From Candidatus Omnitrophota bacterium (GTDB lineage Bacteria > Omnitrophota > Gorgyraeia > Zapsychrales > Zapsychraceae): a DNA stretch of 64,000 nt. The stretch is not shown here. More model-generated notes on the stretch are below. The model was not told where the DNA came from. It saw nothing but the letters and a program-made list of their open reading frames with translations, and did no database searches. Positions within the stretch are counted from its first letter, which is position 1. Location of the stretch: positions 559,286 through 623,285 of the forward strand of contig JBFWOS010000003.1 of the NCBI GenBank assembly GCA_050250375.1, in the 5' to 3' direction.

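Noticed and set aside
21455-63932. Numerous 60-200 aa alternative-frame and antisense ORFs within the giant gene and housekeeping genes
   Set aside because: They overlap well-supported genes and have no recognizable motifs; typical shadow ORFs.
63971-63990. True start of the giant gene at TTG/ATG 63976/63973 (purine-rich GGAAGGGG upstream)
   Set aside because: The frame stays open to the window edge and the N-terminus looks mid-domain. The start cannot be fixed from this window, although it is not excluded.

Overview
Bacterial genomic DNA, most likely Omnitrophota/PVC-like (inferred from gene content and the giant gene, not from a database search). The left 21.3 kb is housekeeping: tRNA-Pro(TGG), an AsmA-like protein, a minus-strand run (MerR-HTH, secretin, amidase, murI, queD-queC-queE-queF, rph, rdgB), a response regulator, a CPBP protease, an RsmB/RsmF methylase, MarR, a type IV pilin, a TPR protein, mutS and mutL. 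The right 42.6 kb is one minus-strand ORF of at least 14,204 aa that is still open at the window edge. It strings together a debranching-like GH, an M23 peptidase, NagB, alpha-amylase, MalQ, GlgB, GlgA, kinase-like, HAD, alpha/beta-hydrolase, GlnD-like, methyltransferase-like, PLP dehydratase-like and SecA-like domains, then long C-terminal repeats. Most striking: (1) 14 in-frame copies (plus 1 degenerate) of a ~80-bp element with a fixed core (GAAACTAAAGTTACGATTGGGGAATCGG), closed by 9-14 bp stems that differ between copies but pair within each copy; (2) a free-standing relative at positions 2-83 behind its own near-consensus sigma70 promoter, whose transcript would be antisense to the mRNA copies; (3) a 148-bp MITE-like insertion with TA duplication that preserves the frame in one copy; (4) six RAPP/RGPP/RAGP arrest-peptide-like motifs in the giant protein.
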